From Trypanosoma brucei (lineage: Eukaryota): DNA of 64,000 nt. The stretch lies in NCBI GenBank assembly GCA_000002445.1, contig CM000207.1:288001-352000 (forward strand). Reading direction: 5' to 3'. The position numbers and the translations under genes are program-made. The first letter of the stretch is position 1; each line of letters starts with the position of its first letter. The notes under the pieces are model-generated. The model worked only from the letters and a program-made list of their open reading frames with translations. It made no database searches and had not been told where the DNA came from. This document shows, in pieces, positions 32,880 through 44,395 of this stretch.

Positions 32880-35120
32880 AAACTTAATTCACCCAAACTA
32901 GCGAATTACTACTGTAGTGTGGACCGGTAAACCACCAAAAATCAGCAAATCCCGAATAAATGTTACAAAGTTCCCCCAATGTTACAACAGCGGTCGCAAA
33001 CGAACCCGCAGTGACAATGGCCAACACACACACACCCTCAATTTTTTGACAACATTGTCCATAATGTAATCCAACAAAGGAGGGCATGGTTGGTTTCGTC
33101 AAAACTACAAAAGTTCTTAACCCTAACAAACTGGACAATCACACACAACGAGGCACAGTAAACTACCGAACCCCCTAGGTACCACAAGGAGAAAAGCGAA
33201 TCGCGACCACCACCAACGAACATTGCAGTCCGATCACACTAATCGGTCATAAACAGGCAATTAACCTCTGTGAATGACACTCTTATATCGCGCAGCTGCT
33301 CAGACATTCTAACTCACGCAGACCCCGAAAACATCCCAAACTACAGCAACAGCATATTTCAACAGAGATTAACTTCCCGCAACTATTCGAATGAACGTCT
33401 TCAAGCTTCCAGCACAGCCTCACCAAAATGTACTCCAAATACATCACTGAACAAAGACACCAGGATGTACACAAACATCCAAATAGTAAATTACAATTTA
33501 AAAGAAACCGTACACCACAGCTCAATATACAAATCTCAGAGAGGGAAAAAGTTGCAAAGGCGGCTGCTTCAAGACAAAAAAAAAAGAAGCCAAAAACAAA
33601 GACAAAACCTACTAAAGCTGGTGGCGGTGACATGACTAGCAAAAACAACAACAAAGAAACACAAAGATAACACCATTCAGCAAGGGAAGCAGCAGCTGTA
33701 CCGCAGCAGCAAAATAAAGTCAGGACAAGGTGTAGTGACTCCTAGAAATGCCAACAAAAACAAGCCTTTACCCAGAAAGGGTAAGCCAGATAGTAATTGC
33801 AGGTATATCTTCATAACGTAGGAGTGCATTCCACCACAGCGAAAAGTTCACAGAAACACCCAACATACCTGAAAGTTTAAAAAAATTATCAGCGGGATCC
33901 AGACAACATATAAGTAAAAAGTAAACCAACTGAGAGCAGATACTATACCAACCGGCATCTGCAAAGGTAACCCACAAACCCAAACACTAAACAAGGGCAT
34001 CCCAACACGAATAAAAGCAGATAAAAGGCCCCAAAATAAACAAAAAGCCAGGAAGGGCAGCAGTTCCAACAACCAACAAAAAAAGCTCATACACCAAAAC
34101 CTTAGCTATAGCAAAGGATAGCGAAGCGCATCCAGGCGGAAATGCCACAGCAGCTACGACTCCGGCGAAGAAACACAACAACGTAGGCAGCAGGACCCAC
34201 TACCCGAAGGGTGCGGAGTAATCCCTACACTGGAAACATGAAAAAAAGCTAAAAAAACAGTCCCGTACGTCTTGCTGCTGCCACGCCTGCCACCCTGCCA
34301 ACACAGAGCAAAACACCGATGCGAACGCAAAAACAGCAAATGCGCAGAGACAAAGGGACCCAAAGAGACCTGACTCACAATAAGGTTGTGGGCTCGACTT
34401 GCACAACCCACGATTCCAACAATACGTCACAGCAGCAATTGAAGTAATGAAAAAAACGCACAAGATGCCACACCAAACATATTTCGTGCGACATAGCATG
34501 TTCCCTAACCTAAACATCAATGACCCAGCCATAGCAGAAGATAAAAGAGAATAAACATAATTATCTACTGCGGATTTGAGACGTTGAAGAACACATCTCT
34601 TCGGCTCAACCACTTCAATACAAAATAAGCAATGCAAACACACAACCCAAATTTACAGACAGAACAGCTGATGTTTAACCCGCTTTGCGTATCAACTGAA
34701 ATCAAAATCTTGGATTTTTCCAATCCCATCCAACGGATTTAGAGGAACATCTCTAACCAGACATGCTGGTCATAATCCTTCTCAGCAGTATCCGCAAAAA
34801 CGCCTGGTGGCAGAAGTAAAAAACTAACAAAAAATGGCGAACCCACCTAGGTTTTAAAAAGTCATCGAAGGTATCAAGAGCAACAAAGATAATCACAACA
34901 AAAGAATTAACTTTAAACAGACAGGTAAGAAAGCAAAAGAACAACTTCATGGTAATAATAGCACTATCACGAACAAAGGGTCTCTTTTAGAAATGCTGCA
35001 CCGCATAACCCACGTGTACGAAAACACGACACTCACTTTCAAAAAAGCTACAAATACTAAGCAATAAAGGAAGCGGAAGTAATCAACATAAAATTACTGA
35101 AAGCAAAAAGCAAAAAAAAT
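32880..35120. other. Tract of about 2.2 kb with extreme strand asymmetry: the plus strand is A+C-rich and G+T-poor
   Basis: Long stretches contain almost no G or T, for example 33960-34130 and 34400-34560. The stacked hydrophobic minus-strand ORFs follow from this composition and are probably not coding. Confidence 0.5.
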
Positions 35121-35204
35121 ATTGTTATTCATGTCAGGCCCTTCGTTCCCTCAGTTTATCAACAACACAGTGGGGATTTTTTCCAATCCACAGCACAATA
35201 CCCT

Positions 35205-35477
35205 TCAACTCGAGAGTGGTATCAATACCACGAGTTCTTCACTCAAAAACGCTTTGCACTCATCAAGATCCAATTCCTCCAACCCCTTCAAAGTTTCTAG
35301 ACTCCTCAAACCTCCTAATATCTCACAGTTGCGCGGGTTCAGCTTCTTCAACTTAGTCAAATTCTTGGTTACATCAACATTTGAAATTCCTTTGCAACCT
35401 GATAGATCCAGTTCCTCAAGGGCCACCGAACCACGCAACACCACCAAACTGTTCAAATTCACCCCGCATCCAGACAA
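35205..35477 (-). pseudogene. Leucine-rich-repeat protein fragment (ESAG8/LRRP-like)
   Basis: The fragment reads LEELDLSGCKGISNVDVTKNLTKLKKLNPRNCEILGGLRSLETLKGLEELDLDECK, an LxxLxLxxC LRR periodicity. It is short and has no start context. Confidence 0.5.
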
Positions 35478-38350
35478 ATCCAGCCTTCTCCAGCACCCTC
35501 TCGCGACTCCTCAAACCGTTTATAAATCGACGACTGCCCGTCTATTCAATCACCCCCAAGTTCTCTCGCTATCTGATCCATGTTAATATCCTCAGGTTCC
35601 CTCTAACTTTTCCCAACACCTTAATTACATTGTTGATTTAACGTAAAAGTTAAGGGTTAGCCGGCTTGTAATCTGTCACAGGCTCCCAACACAAGGGACA
35701 TCTCCGAAGTTTCGCGGCACATGCGTGGTAGAACATATTTCTGCAGGGTAAAAGTTCCAGTGTTTCTTCACCTCAGTGGCCTAAACATACCGCGCATATG
35801 CCACATTCGTCGTGAAAAAAAAAAAAGATATCAATACAAGAGAAACCCGCCATGAGTGTATCCTATCAAAGGAAGTGGTTCCACTTAGCCTCCTGTTACG
35901 ACCATTGGGCTCTGATACCGTGATGTGGTGGATGGCATGGCAACGGAAAACCTCGTCTGCACAGCTTCGCTGTTGCACCTTCTTTATGTGCTTAAGCTTC
36001 TCACAAATCGCCACCAGTGCAAAGCTTCCTTTACTTCGCCCTTGGAATGTAATAATAAATGTTTTGTGTTTAGTTGACATCCGCTCGCTTACACTCAAAC
36101 TTTCCCATGCATCAGCCACGGTTGAAGTTGTGTATGTACAACGGGTTTGCGAAATTTACCGCCTCGGTTACGATTTAACGACTGTAGAGGAATAAATAAA
36201 TTATGACACTCGAAAACGGGTCAAACTTTCCTGTTGACTGTTCACAAGGTTTAAACTCTAAATTTTTTTTCGAAACAAAAAAAGCAGCAGGAGCCCGTGA
36301 AATGCTCCTGCTGGACCCTCTCTTACATTTAACTGAGAGAACCGGTTCTTTCGCTTTTTTTCTTTTGAGGTTAATGGAAGGGCTCACATAAGATCAATAT
36401 ATAAACGGTATTAACATCATTGCAATCACCCTTTCGGGTCCATCGACAATAATTCCTATACGAAGTTACGTGATGTCCCTTTAGCATCTCTTTTACAGAT
36501 AACAGTTACAAATTATGGTTTCTCTCCTCATTAGCTCCGTTTACTCCCACAGTTCTTATGAAGGAGTGCACTTTATTTAATCCGATTATCCAGTCATAAC
36601 TGCCTACCCTGACAGTTTGCACAAAAAACGTGTCGCTATGCTCCAATTTGTATATCGAAAATATTGTATTTGTTACAAGCATAATTGTTATTTTAGTTTT
36701 ATTTTTTTTAAAAGAAAAATTTAAAGTATCGCTCATACACATTTTTTTGGATGTTTTTGTTCTTCAACTCCTCTCGGGGAGCCCTACTTTAAGTGTGGAG
36801 CGAAAGTGCTCATGAGTCCCATCCGTCACGATTCCGGAGCAAATGACGGCGCATTAAAGCTGTCGCGCCCAACATGCGGAAAAACACTCCCCAGACGAAA
36901 CGGGTCCTACACTTCACATAAAAAAAAAGATGGACAATTTCCGTCTGATGCAAAAATAAACAAATAATAATCACACACCGACACGGCAACTGCGAAGAAA
37001 TGTTGGTGCACTTTCCGTGGACAGCAGACTGTAAAGGAGTATTTGTGCAGTATAAATATGTTCTCTTGGAGACAACTTGCATGGTTTCTCCTCGTGGAAG
37101 AAAAAAATACTTCCAAATACCACCACTCTCTCCTCAGTGAGTGAAGAAACCGCACACCAATTCCCCATTTTTATCACATTTTCTTCACTCTCCGGGAGGA
37201 TTCTCCGAAACAAACATTATGCAAAATTACTGTTGTAACGAACAAAAGGAGATTTTAAATAAATAAAGCATCCTCTAACTGCGTGCAAAGCAGTTACGGA
37301 GAGGTAAAGGATGTAAAAGTAACAAGAATTTATGTCAAAAAGAATTGCTAAGCGGTGTTTATGGGGGTGCGCCTAATTGAGGGAACTTCCCGTTTAGTTT
37401 GCATTACACCGCACCCCAACAACGTTACAAGAAATATATACATCCCGTGCCAGAAGGCAGTGCATGTAAATGAAAGGAATCCTCAGTCCTACTTAATAGC
37501 GGCATCTATAATATCGGATGTGTCTCGCAGCTTCGGTTAATGACCGCGGAAAGTGATGGCAAAGTCCCACAACAACATGGGAAGAAAGAAAAGTTATACT
37601 TATGTTGAGGAATGAGTGGAGATTAACGGTATGATTCTTGTCTCTTAGCGCAAGTCGTGTTGGTGATTTCGCATGCATCAAACCACCCGAGGGCAAGTGG
37701 CGCAATTACAAAACCATCATAAAGGAGTGTCGTGTCATTCTAACTTTTACTGCTTGATGGGGGGAAAAAAAAGAGGTAGGTGCAAAAGCGACATCAAAAT
37801 AGGATACGATACATCTCCTTTTCATCCATTTAGATTTTCTCGCTACCAATTTAGCCAGTAAACGTTTGTGTAAAACGAAACCACGCCTCTCAGTTATTTC
37901 CTCACATTGCTACAACTTTAGTAGTTGCACGAACTTCTAGTGATTATAAGGGAGGGGGAAGGAAATTTATACTGAACAAAAGGCATTTTCTCCTGCCTCC
38001 GACGCGGTGTCAGTGTATGGGTGGGAATGGTCTTCCTTCCGTCACTCAATGGCAGCAGCTGACGTTAGGGGAAAACAACAAACCCAATAAAAAAGAAAAG
38101 TTAAATGTGGATGATCAACAAACGGCTCAACTGTAAAAAACAGCAAACTGATAGTCGTATAATAATGTCACTTCTCTAAGTTTCTGTTTCCCTGCTCCCC
38201 CTTTTTTTTTTCGCTTATATTGAATTCTCTTCATTTCATCTTACTCTATCATCTTTGCATACGTTCGGTATTTCATCTCATCCTTTAGAGCCTCTCTCCC
38301 CCTCTTTCCTCTCCCCCCCCCCAATTGCAGAGGGAGCATAATATATTCTA

Positions 38351-40831
38351 CTACTGTGGCTGCTTTACTTCCTCTGCCACGACACCGATTTTAACGGGGT
38401 AAATGAGCTCAACCAACTTATCCCAAGTTACTGCCCGAGTGTTCTCCATGTTCCCGTACTCACTACGTGTGCAAAGGATCATATCTGCCTCGGTTAAGTT
38501 GCTCTCAACTGTGGCACCGCCCTCCACAATGATGAGGTTCGCCGTGTTGAGATGTCTGGACGAAACAAAACCCTCACTGAATCCAATACGTTTCCGTGCG
38601 ATCGGCAGTTTCACATGTCGGAAACCATACGACAATTCATCAAGCCACATTTTTTGTTTCGTTGACTCATGTACGTATGCCTCGGGAAGTATCCAACACC
38701 CGCGCACAAGAGCTGTCAAGAGTTTTACTGTTAACTGCCCGTTGGTGACTAAGTGGGTTAAATTCGTGGGGACCGGTGAGTTGGATTTACACTCGGCAAC
38801 TGTGGCGTACGGAAGCTTGTGAATTTTCTCAAGTAACTCCGTTCCGTCAAAACCGCTGATTGTAAAAACACGTTGCTCGACGGATCGGCTCCTCTTCGCT
38901 TGCTTACTGGCGGATGGAGGCACATTAGCCGATTGTATGCCCCGAAGGCACACGTTCCCACCTCCAAAATGAAGAGACACGGGCGAATGCGAAGCGTTCC
39001 GCACCGAGCGGCGGAACTCCTCATCCAGTCGCTTCTCAAGCAGGGAACATCTACTCGTGACGGCAGCGAGCTCGATTTCCATATTCTCCGCCCTCTTGCA
39101 CATGGTAAGATACTTGACGCGCAGTTGCTCCAGCTGTTTATCAGTTTGAGATGCCTGTTCGACGGCATGCTGCAGACGCTTCCTATCACACTCCGCTTCC
39201 TCTAGCTTGGATCGAAGATCAGACATATTTGTGATTGCTTCTGTCTCATATTTCATTTTTTCTTGCCTTACAGCGGACAGCTCACTCTCAGTTTGCATCA
39301 ACTTCACTTGCGCCGCGGCCAACTTTTCCTTCAATTCCAGCATATCCTGTGAATAAACAGTTTCAGTCAAATCGTACTGTTGCTGCAAGTGCTGAGTGCG
39401 CTCCTCAGCCTGAAGGAGTTCGCTGCGGGCGGTTTCAAGTTTATCCACCGCAGAGGCGCGGTCACGCTCAGCGGCTTGCAGGGCATTCCTCATCGTGATG
39501 TTCTCACTTTCCAGATGGCTTAGTTGCTCTTCACGCTGCACTATTAGTGCTGCGGCTGCGGATAATTCTTCCGCTGCCTTCACTGCTTGGCGCTTCAAAA
39601 AGGATGTTTCTTCTTCCAAAGACACCCTCCCATTCTTTGCTTCCCGAATGAGAATTTCGGATTCCTGTTGCTGCTGGCATAAAGCAAGGTGGTGTTGGTC
39701 CCGGATACTCCTTAACTCCTTTTCGTGTTCTTGGGTCATTTGTTTAGCCTCAGCTTCGAGCATGCGAACACGGTGTTGTAGATTTGTGATCTCCTCCGAA
39801 AAAGAACCGGATTTTCCCTTGAAGACCTTCAACTCCTCACGGAGCTCATCAATGATTTCTTCCTTGGATGAAATTATCTTCTTCATGCGGTCGTTATTCG
39901 TCGCCATTAGGGAGTCAAGAGCTTCACTTTGGGAGCGCTCAGTCTTCTCGACAAAGATCTTGTGCATGTTTTCCAATTCTGCATAACGAGTCGTGCACGA
40001 TTCCAGGGAGCGTTGGAGTTCGTCACATTTGGCTTGGGTGGACTTAATATTGGCACGAAGGAGTTCATTCTCCCTACCCAGACGGCAGGCTTCTTCACGA
40101 CTCTTCACGTTGCTTTCGTCTAGTGCCTCGATATCTTCCGTTAGTTTGGTTATTTGCTCGCGCATGAACTCCGTACGGCCACTGCCTTCAACTTCCGAGC
40201 GCCCTTCCACCTCTGCTAACTGACGGCAGTGCTCTTCTTTCATAGCTTCCAACTGCTGTTTGAGGAACTCCTTGTCTCTACTGCTTTGAGAAATCGATTT
40301 TTCCAACTGCGCCTCTGAGTTTCGCCGTGCTTTGGCCTCCTTTTCAGCTTTGGCCTCTGCTTCGTCAAGTTGCTCCTTAAGAGTTCTCGCGTATTCACGC
40401 GTTGTTTGTAACTCCTGCTGTGTTTGTACGAGCTCAAACCGCACAATTTCTAATTCTCGCTGGTTACCGGACCACCTTAACTGCTCACGCTTCAGTTGAG
40501 CGATACGCGCTCGCAACTCATCTATTTCATGAAGCGACGCAAAACTTGCATTCGACACCGACTGCCTGCACGAAGCTCGTTGAGAAGTACTGTGAATAAA
40601 TCGCGCTGAGGAGGGACCTGAACTCCCTCCCAATTCTTCCACCTCCTTTGCCATGCCTTCTCCCACCATCAGCAACTCCCCGGGTCTCGAATTCTCGTCC
40701 GTCTCAACCCCTCCTCCAGTGGCTTCCGGTATGGGATCGGCGAGGTGAATACTCTTTTGCAGCCAAAGGCTGTCCGACTCACTGATGCTCATTGAATCAA
40801 TGCACTTACATTTAAACACATGCGTTGCCAT
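38351..40831 (-). CDS. Hypothetical protein (826 aa) with long coiled-coil and C-terminal tandem BRCT-like region
   Basis: The central approximately 500 aa has heptad-like Glu/Leu/Lys/Arg-rich composition. The C-terminus reads ...HLVTNGQLTVKLLTALVRGCWILPEAYVHESTKQKMWLDELSYGF, then a second similar unit. This resembles BRCT only by pattern. Confidence 0.6.
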   Translation of the reverse strand: MATHVFKCKCIDSMSISESDSLWLQKSIHLADPIPEATGGGVETDENSRPGELLMVGEGMAKEVEELGGSSGPSSARFIHSTSQRASCRQSVSNASFASLHEIDELRARIAQLKREQLRWSGNQRELEIVRFELVQTQQELQTTREYARTLKEQLDEAEAKAEKEAKARRNSEAQLEKSISQSSRDKEFLKQQLEAMKEEHCRQLAEVEGRSEVEGSGRTEFMREQITKLTEDIEALDESNVKSREEACRLGRENELLRANIKSTQAKCDELQRSLESCTTRYAELENMHKIFVEKTERSQSEALDSLMATNNDRMKKIISSKEEIIDELREELKVFKGKSGSFSEEITNLQHRVRMLEAEAKQMTQEHEKELRSIRDQHHLALCQQQQESEILIREAKNGRVSLEEETSFLKRQAVKAAEELSAAAALIVQREEQLSHLESENITMRNALQAAERDRASAVDKLETARSELLQAEERTQHLQQQYDLTETVYSQDMLELKEKLAAAQVKLMQTESELSAVRQEKMKYETEAITNMSDLRSKLEEAECDRKRLQHAVEQASQTDKQLEQLRVKYLTMCKRAENMEIELAAVTSRCSLLEKRLDEEFRRSVRNASHSPVSLHFGGGNVCLRGIQSANVPPSASKQAKRSRSVEQRVFTISGFDGTELLEKIHKLPYATVAECKSNSPVPTNLTHLVTNGQLTVKLLTALVRGCWILPEAYVHESTKQKMWLDELSYGFRHVKLPIARKRIGFSEGFVSSRHLNTANLIIVEGGATVESNLTEADMILCTRSEYGNMENTRAVTWDKLVELIYPVKIGVVAEEVKQPQ

Positions 40832-41259
40832 AGAGAAGGAAAGAGAAAGCAGTTAGGATAGCATGCATTCACAACGAATAGTGCCGCAACACGAGTGAAA
40901 CATGTATGTTACCACCAGTGATGCGGCGGTTACAAGTGCAAGTTTCGGTGGGGTGACACTTACATGAGAAACAAAAGACATATATTTTTTTTGTTGTTGC
41001 TTTTGTTGTTGTTGTTGTGCCGTGGGAACACCAGTTAATCATTTATAGTTACGCTGCATAGGAAAACACGCACAAGCATAATATGCCGGTGCATATTAAG
41101 AGACCTTGACACACCATGCAAACCTACTACCACAATAATACCTACCATCCCATGTGCGCAATAATGAATACAGAAAGACGAAAATCGAGTGAGGGGGAGT
41201 GGAAGAAATAATGGAGCGAAGGTAAACGCGAAGGTTTACCATTATTTTTTTTTTTCGCT

Positions 41260-42873
41260 CTACGCACTGGGGTGCATGACCTGTTTCACCATTTTTGTGA
41301 AGAGCCATAGTTGCGACTCCTCCACAGGGGTAGTTGAGCCCCTTGTTATCAGTTCATGAATCCGTGGCCTCTGTTCATTTTCGGAACCATGTGAAGAAAA
41401 CGAACTTGGAACGCAGAAAGTGACACCGTATTTTTTCAACATGGAAGGATCCGCCTGCACTTGCTCAAATATGGCATTCCATGTCTTTATGTCCCCTTGA
41501 CGAATGACGTGGACATAGTATGTGTCTGCCCTCCGCTGTAGCTCTTCTTGGTCACGCAAATAAAGTGGTAGTATTTCCTCAGATGCGTCGGTATCGACGA
41601 AGAAGCTCGTGCGCTCATCATATGGGGCAAATATGTCTTTCGAAAAATGTGTGGGAGAAAACTTACCCTTCTCCCGTGAGAGATCTTGTGAACCCACACC
41701 GGCTACCTCCAATTTTTTGATACTCTCCAAACGCCGAACTCGTCCACCCAACGCTGCCGATTTATCATTAAGGAGTCGAAGAAACTCCGAAACATTTGCT
41801 GAAGTTACCTTCATATGAATACCATTGGGAACAAGTTCAACCAACTTACCACCACGTGGCACACTAAAGGTTAGGTTCTGTTGTGCGATTGCTGGGCCAA
41901 AGATGTGACCATTTTTGATTGCCTCCACTTTCGCTTGGAATTCAGCTTCTGATACCACGACACCAATGAGGGTGGCATCCACTGGATTGGGTTGTTGTAA
42001 CATTATCTCGGAGGGTGAGGGATATTTTTTGACGGCACCGATGTTGGAGTTAAGAAGGTCACTATCCGCAGTGGAGGGAGGGGAAAAGAGTTGATCAAAT
42101 CGCTCTTTTTTGGCGTCAGAAGCACAAACCGCAACCGCAGCACCTTTAGGACGACTGCCGTGCCTGGTGTTTACATCGCAGTGCCGTGCCATTGTTGAAA
42201 TTTCTGTCACACGGGCATTGCGGTACCGTTGTATTTTCTCCAAGTACATTGGTATATCATCGTAGCTCACATTAATCGTAGATCCATTCTCAATGAGCTC
42301 ATGGACGGTGCCATCAGGTAGTGGTGCCACCCACTTCAAGTCTGCCTTCTCGAAATCCTCCCGGTTATGCGTGAGGAGGGCGTCAAGTTGACTAAAAAAA
42401 TCCCTGTTTGATGTTGGAGAAAGCAGCACCTGCGGTTGCTCGGTAGCATATAAGGCGTGGTTTCCAGTTCCTTTATCCCCCACAATTGGAACAGGCGCAG
42501 ATCGCTTCGAAGCTTCCTTGAAACTTAACGATGGTGCGCTGTTTTTTCTCTGGATTTGATCACTGATAAAGTCCATTGCCGTCTGTCCCAAATTCACTTC
42601 GCAGATGTCAGCAACAGTAAAAAGAGACACCGCCAGCCGACCAATTAAAGTTCTCACTTCCTCCTGTTCGAATCGAGATAGTGAGAGAGCGCCTTCACCC
42701 TGTTCTGCAAGATTAGACAACTCGCCTACACCCGACATCATTTGCAGTAATAAACGGCATAAGGATTCATTATTTGCGTTGATACCCATTAACTCCATTC
42801 GCTTCCTGTTTTCAGTGACAATGTCTTCAATAACTAGCATTCGCCTTGGTTGGGAGGCATCTCTGAATACCAT
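41260..42873 (-). CDS. Hypothetical protein (537 aa), possibly a partial HECT-like fold
   Basis: The segment VHELIENGSTINVSYDDIPMYLEKIQRYRNARV resembles the HECT N-lobe motif eheLkpgG..i.VT.eNk.eYv.l...yrl. No catalytic Cys region is evident. The function call is tentative. Confidence 0.5.
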   Translation of the reverse strand: MVFRDASQPRRMLVIEDIVTENRKRMELMGINANNESLCRLLLQMMSGVGELSNLAEQGEGALSLSRFEQEEVRTLIGRLAVSLFTVADICEVNLGQTAMDFISDQIQRKNSAPSLSFKEASKRSAPVPIVGDKGTGNHALYATEQPQVLLSPTSNRDFFSQLDALLTHNREDFEKADLKWVAPLPDGTVHELIENGSTINVSYDDIPMYLEKIQRYRNARVTEISTMARHCDVNTRHGSRPKGAAVAVCASDAKKERFDQLFSPPSTADSDLLNSNIGAVKKYPSPSEIMLQQPNPVDATLIGVVVSEAEFQAKVEAIKNGHIFGPAIAQQNLTFSVPRGGKLVELVPNGIHMKVTSANVSEFLRLLNDKSAALGGRVRRLESIKKLEVAGVGSQDLSREKGKFSPTHFSKDIFAPYDERTSFFVDTDASEEILPLYLRDQEELQRRADTYYVHVIRQGDIKTWNAIFEQVQADPSMLKKYGVTFCVPSSFSSHGSENEQRPRIHELITRGSTTPVEESQLWLFTKMVKQVMHPSA

Positions 42874-43381
42874 CGCTGGAAGTTATTTCTTTTAGCCGTC
42901 ACCGTATGATGGGGTGTTTTACTTAGATGATGCCAGAAACCTCGTGTAATTCGTCCATATAAATATAAATATATATATATATATTAATGAAAGTGGTGAA
43001 ATTAAGAAGGTGGTATAAGAGAGAAGGGGGAAAGAAGTATAAGCAGGAGGTTTTAAAATGCCAACTAAAAAAAAAAAAGGAAATAAAAAGGGAGGGCATT
43101 GAATTGCCCTCCGTATCACTGATCCGGAAAAAATATTAGAGAGATGAGCACCTGAATAACACCAGCAAACCAGCAACCAGAAAAAAAAACAACAAAACAA
43201 ATGAAAGATGGAGTCTCCCAAAACCCTCTTTTGAACAGATGGGCAGAACGGGAGAATCCCTGCAACTCCTAAAAAGAAAAAAACTGCAGACACTCGCCCC
43301 AACGAGCAACAGCGGTTCCCAAAAGCAAATAAAACCACAAGCTGATATCCCTTTTTTAAAAAAAGAAAAGAAAAAAAGACG

Positions 43382-44395
43382 TTACGGTGTGGGAACCGAG
43401 TTGCCAATTGCTGCATCCCAATACTGTTGGACGAAATCATCAACCGCTGAACTTCCAGCCCCACATTCGAGTCGCAACCCACTCAAACGGCAACGCGGCA
43501 CATCATCTCTCCGGTTGTCGGGAGGGATAATGCAAGTTGATGACAGGTTGTCAAAAAAAGAAAGCAACTCCACCATTAAAGGAGAGACACTTACTTGCAA
43601 ATCTTCGGCACATCTGTGATGAAGCGTGGAGCGAGCAACAACTAACAACCGCATAACCTTCTCGTGATTTTGCATTTCCTTCTCACTACCAACAATAACC
43701 GAGTAGTTGTGGCGCATGGTAGACTGCATTGCATTCCTATCCAAGAAAAAATCCTCTTGAGGAGTGCCAGTGGATGCTACTTGAATACAATATCGACACA
43801 CGTCTGTAAGTGCACTCAACAATAACGCCTCCGATTCGGTACTAGCTGTTGTTGAAACAGCTTTACTATATTCTTCCGTAGCAGTTCGAATAAGTTCGGC
43901 AAGATCCTCCACCAAATTCAGCCTGGAGAGCACAAAACGTACTCCACCTTGACTCTCCACCCACTGATGGACGTATTGACGGAGAGCGGCAGCCATTGGT
44001 GGTGATCTTAAAGCAGGAAACGTATTTATATGTTTAAATGTTACAAGGAAACCAGCAAGGGCCGCTGTTGCAAGTAAGGTGGTATGAGTTTCTTCACCCT
44101 TTCCTGCTGCTACAAGCTGAAGAACGTCACGTACCGTTTGAAGTATTACTCCAATTTCGTACCACCGTGGAAATTCTTCGTTCAAAAGTTTCTCTAAAAG
44201 TTGCTGTCGCCTCCGCAAATGCACAATGCAAAACGTTGTAATTGCTTTCTCTTGCAATGTCGAGTCTGAATCCACTTTTTCTCCATTAGCAACACTGCCC
44301 AACAGAGTTACAGTTAGTCCAGACGCCGCACAAGGAGATAATAAAGAGGGAGAGGAATTCTCCACAGGCTCACCTGAAGAATCGGCTGAGTTCAT
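43382..44395 (-). CDS. Hypothetical protein (337 aa)
   Basis: Long minus-strand ORF in the same orientation as the surrounding unit. No motif recognised. Confidence 0.5.
   Translation of the reverse strand: MNSADSSGEPVENSSPSLLSPCAASGLTVTLLGSVANGEKVDSDSTLQEKAITTFCIVHLRRRQQLLEKLLNEEFPRWYEIGVILQTVRDVLQLVAAGKGEETHTTLLATAALAGFLVTFKHINTFPALRSPPMAAALRQYVHQWVESQGGVRFVLSRLNLVEDLAELIRTATEEYSKAVSTTASTESEALLLSALTDVCRYCIQVASTGTPQEDFFLDRNAMQSTMRHNYSVIVGSEKEMQNHEKVMRLLVVARSTLHHRCAEDLQVSVSPLMVELLSFFDNLSSTCIIPPDNRRDDVPRCRLSGLRLECGAGSSAVDDFVQQYWDAAIGNSVPTP

Noticed and set aside
33768-34643. A stack of hydrophobic minus-strand ORFs (147, 85, 64, 80 and 71 aa) that could be a frameshifted multi-pass membrane protein gene.
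   Set aside because: They lie exactly in the A+C-rich, G+T-poor tract. A G/T-rich strand automatically encodes Phe, Leu, Val, Cys, Trp and Gly. The frames overlap each other and have no start context, so they are most likely compositional artefacts.
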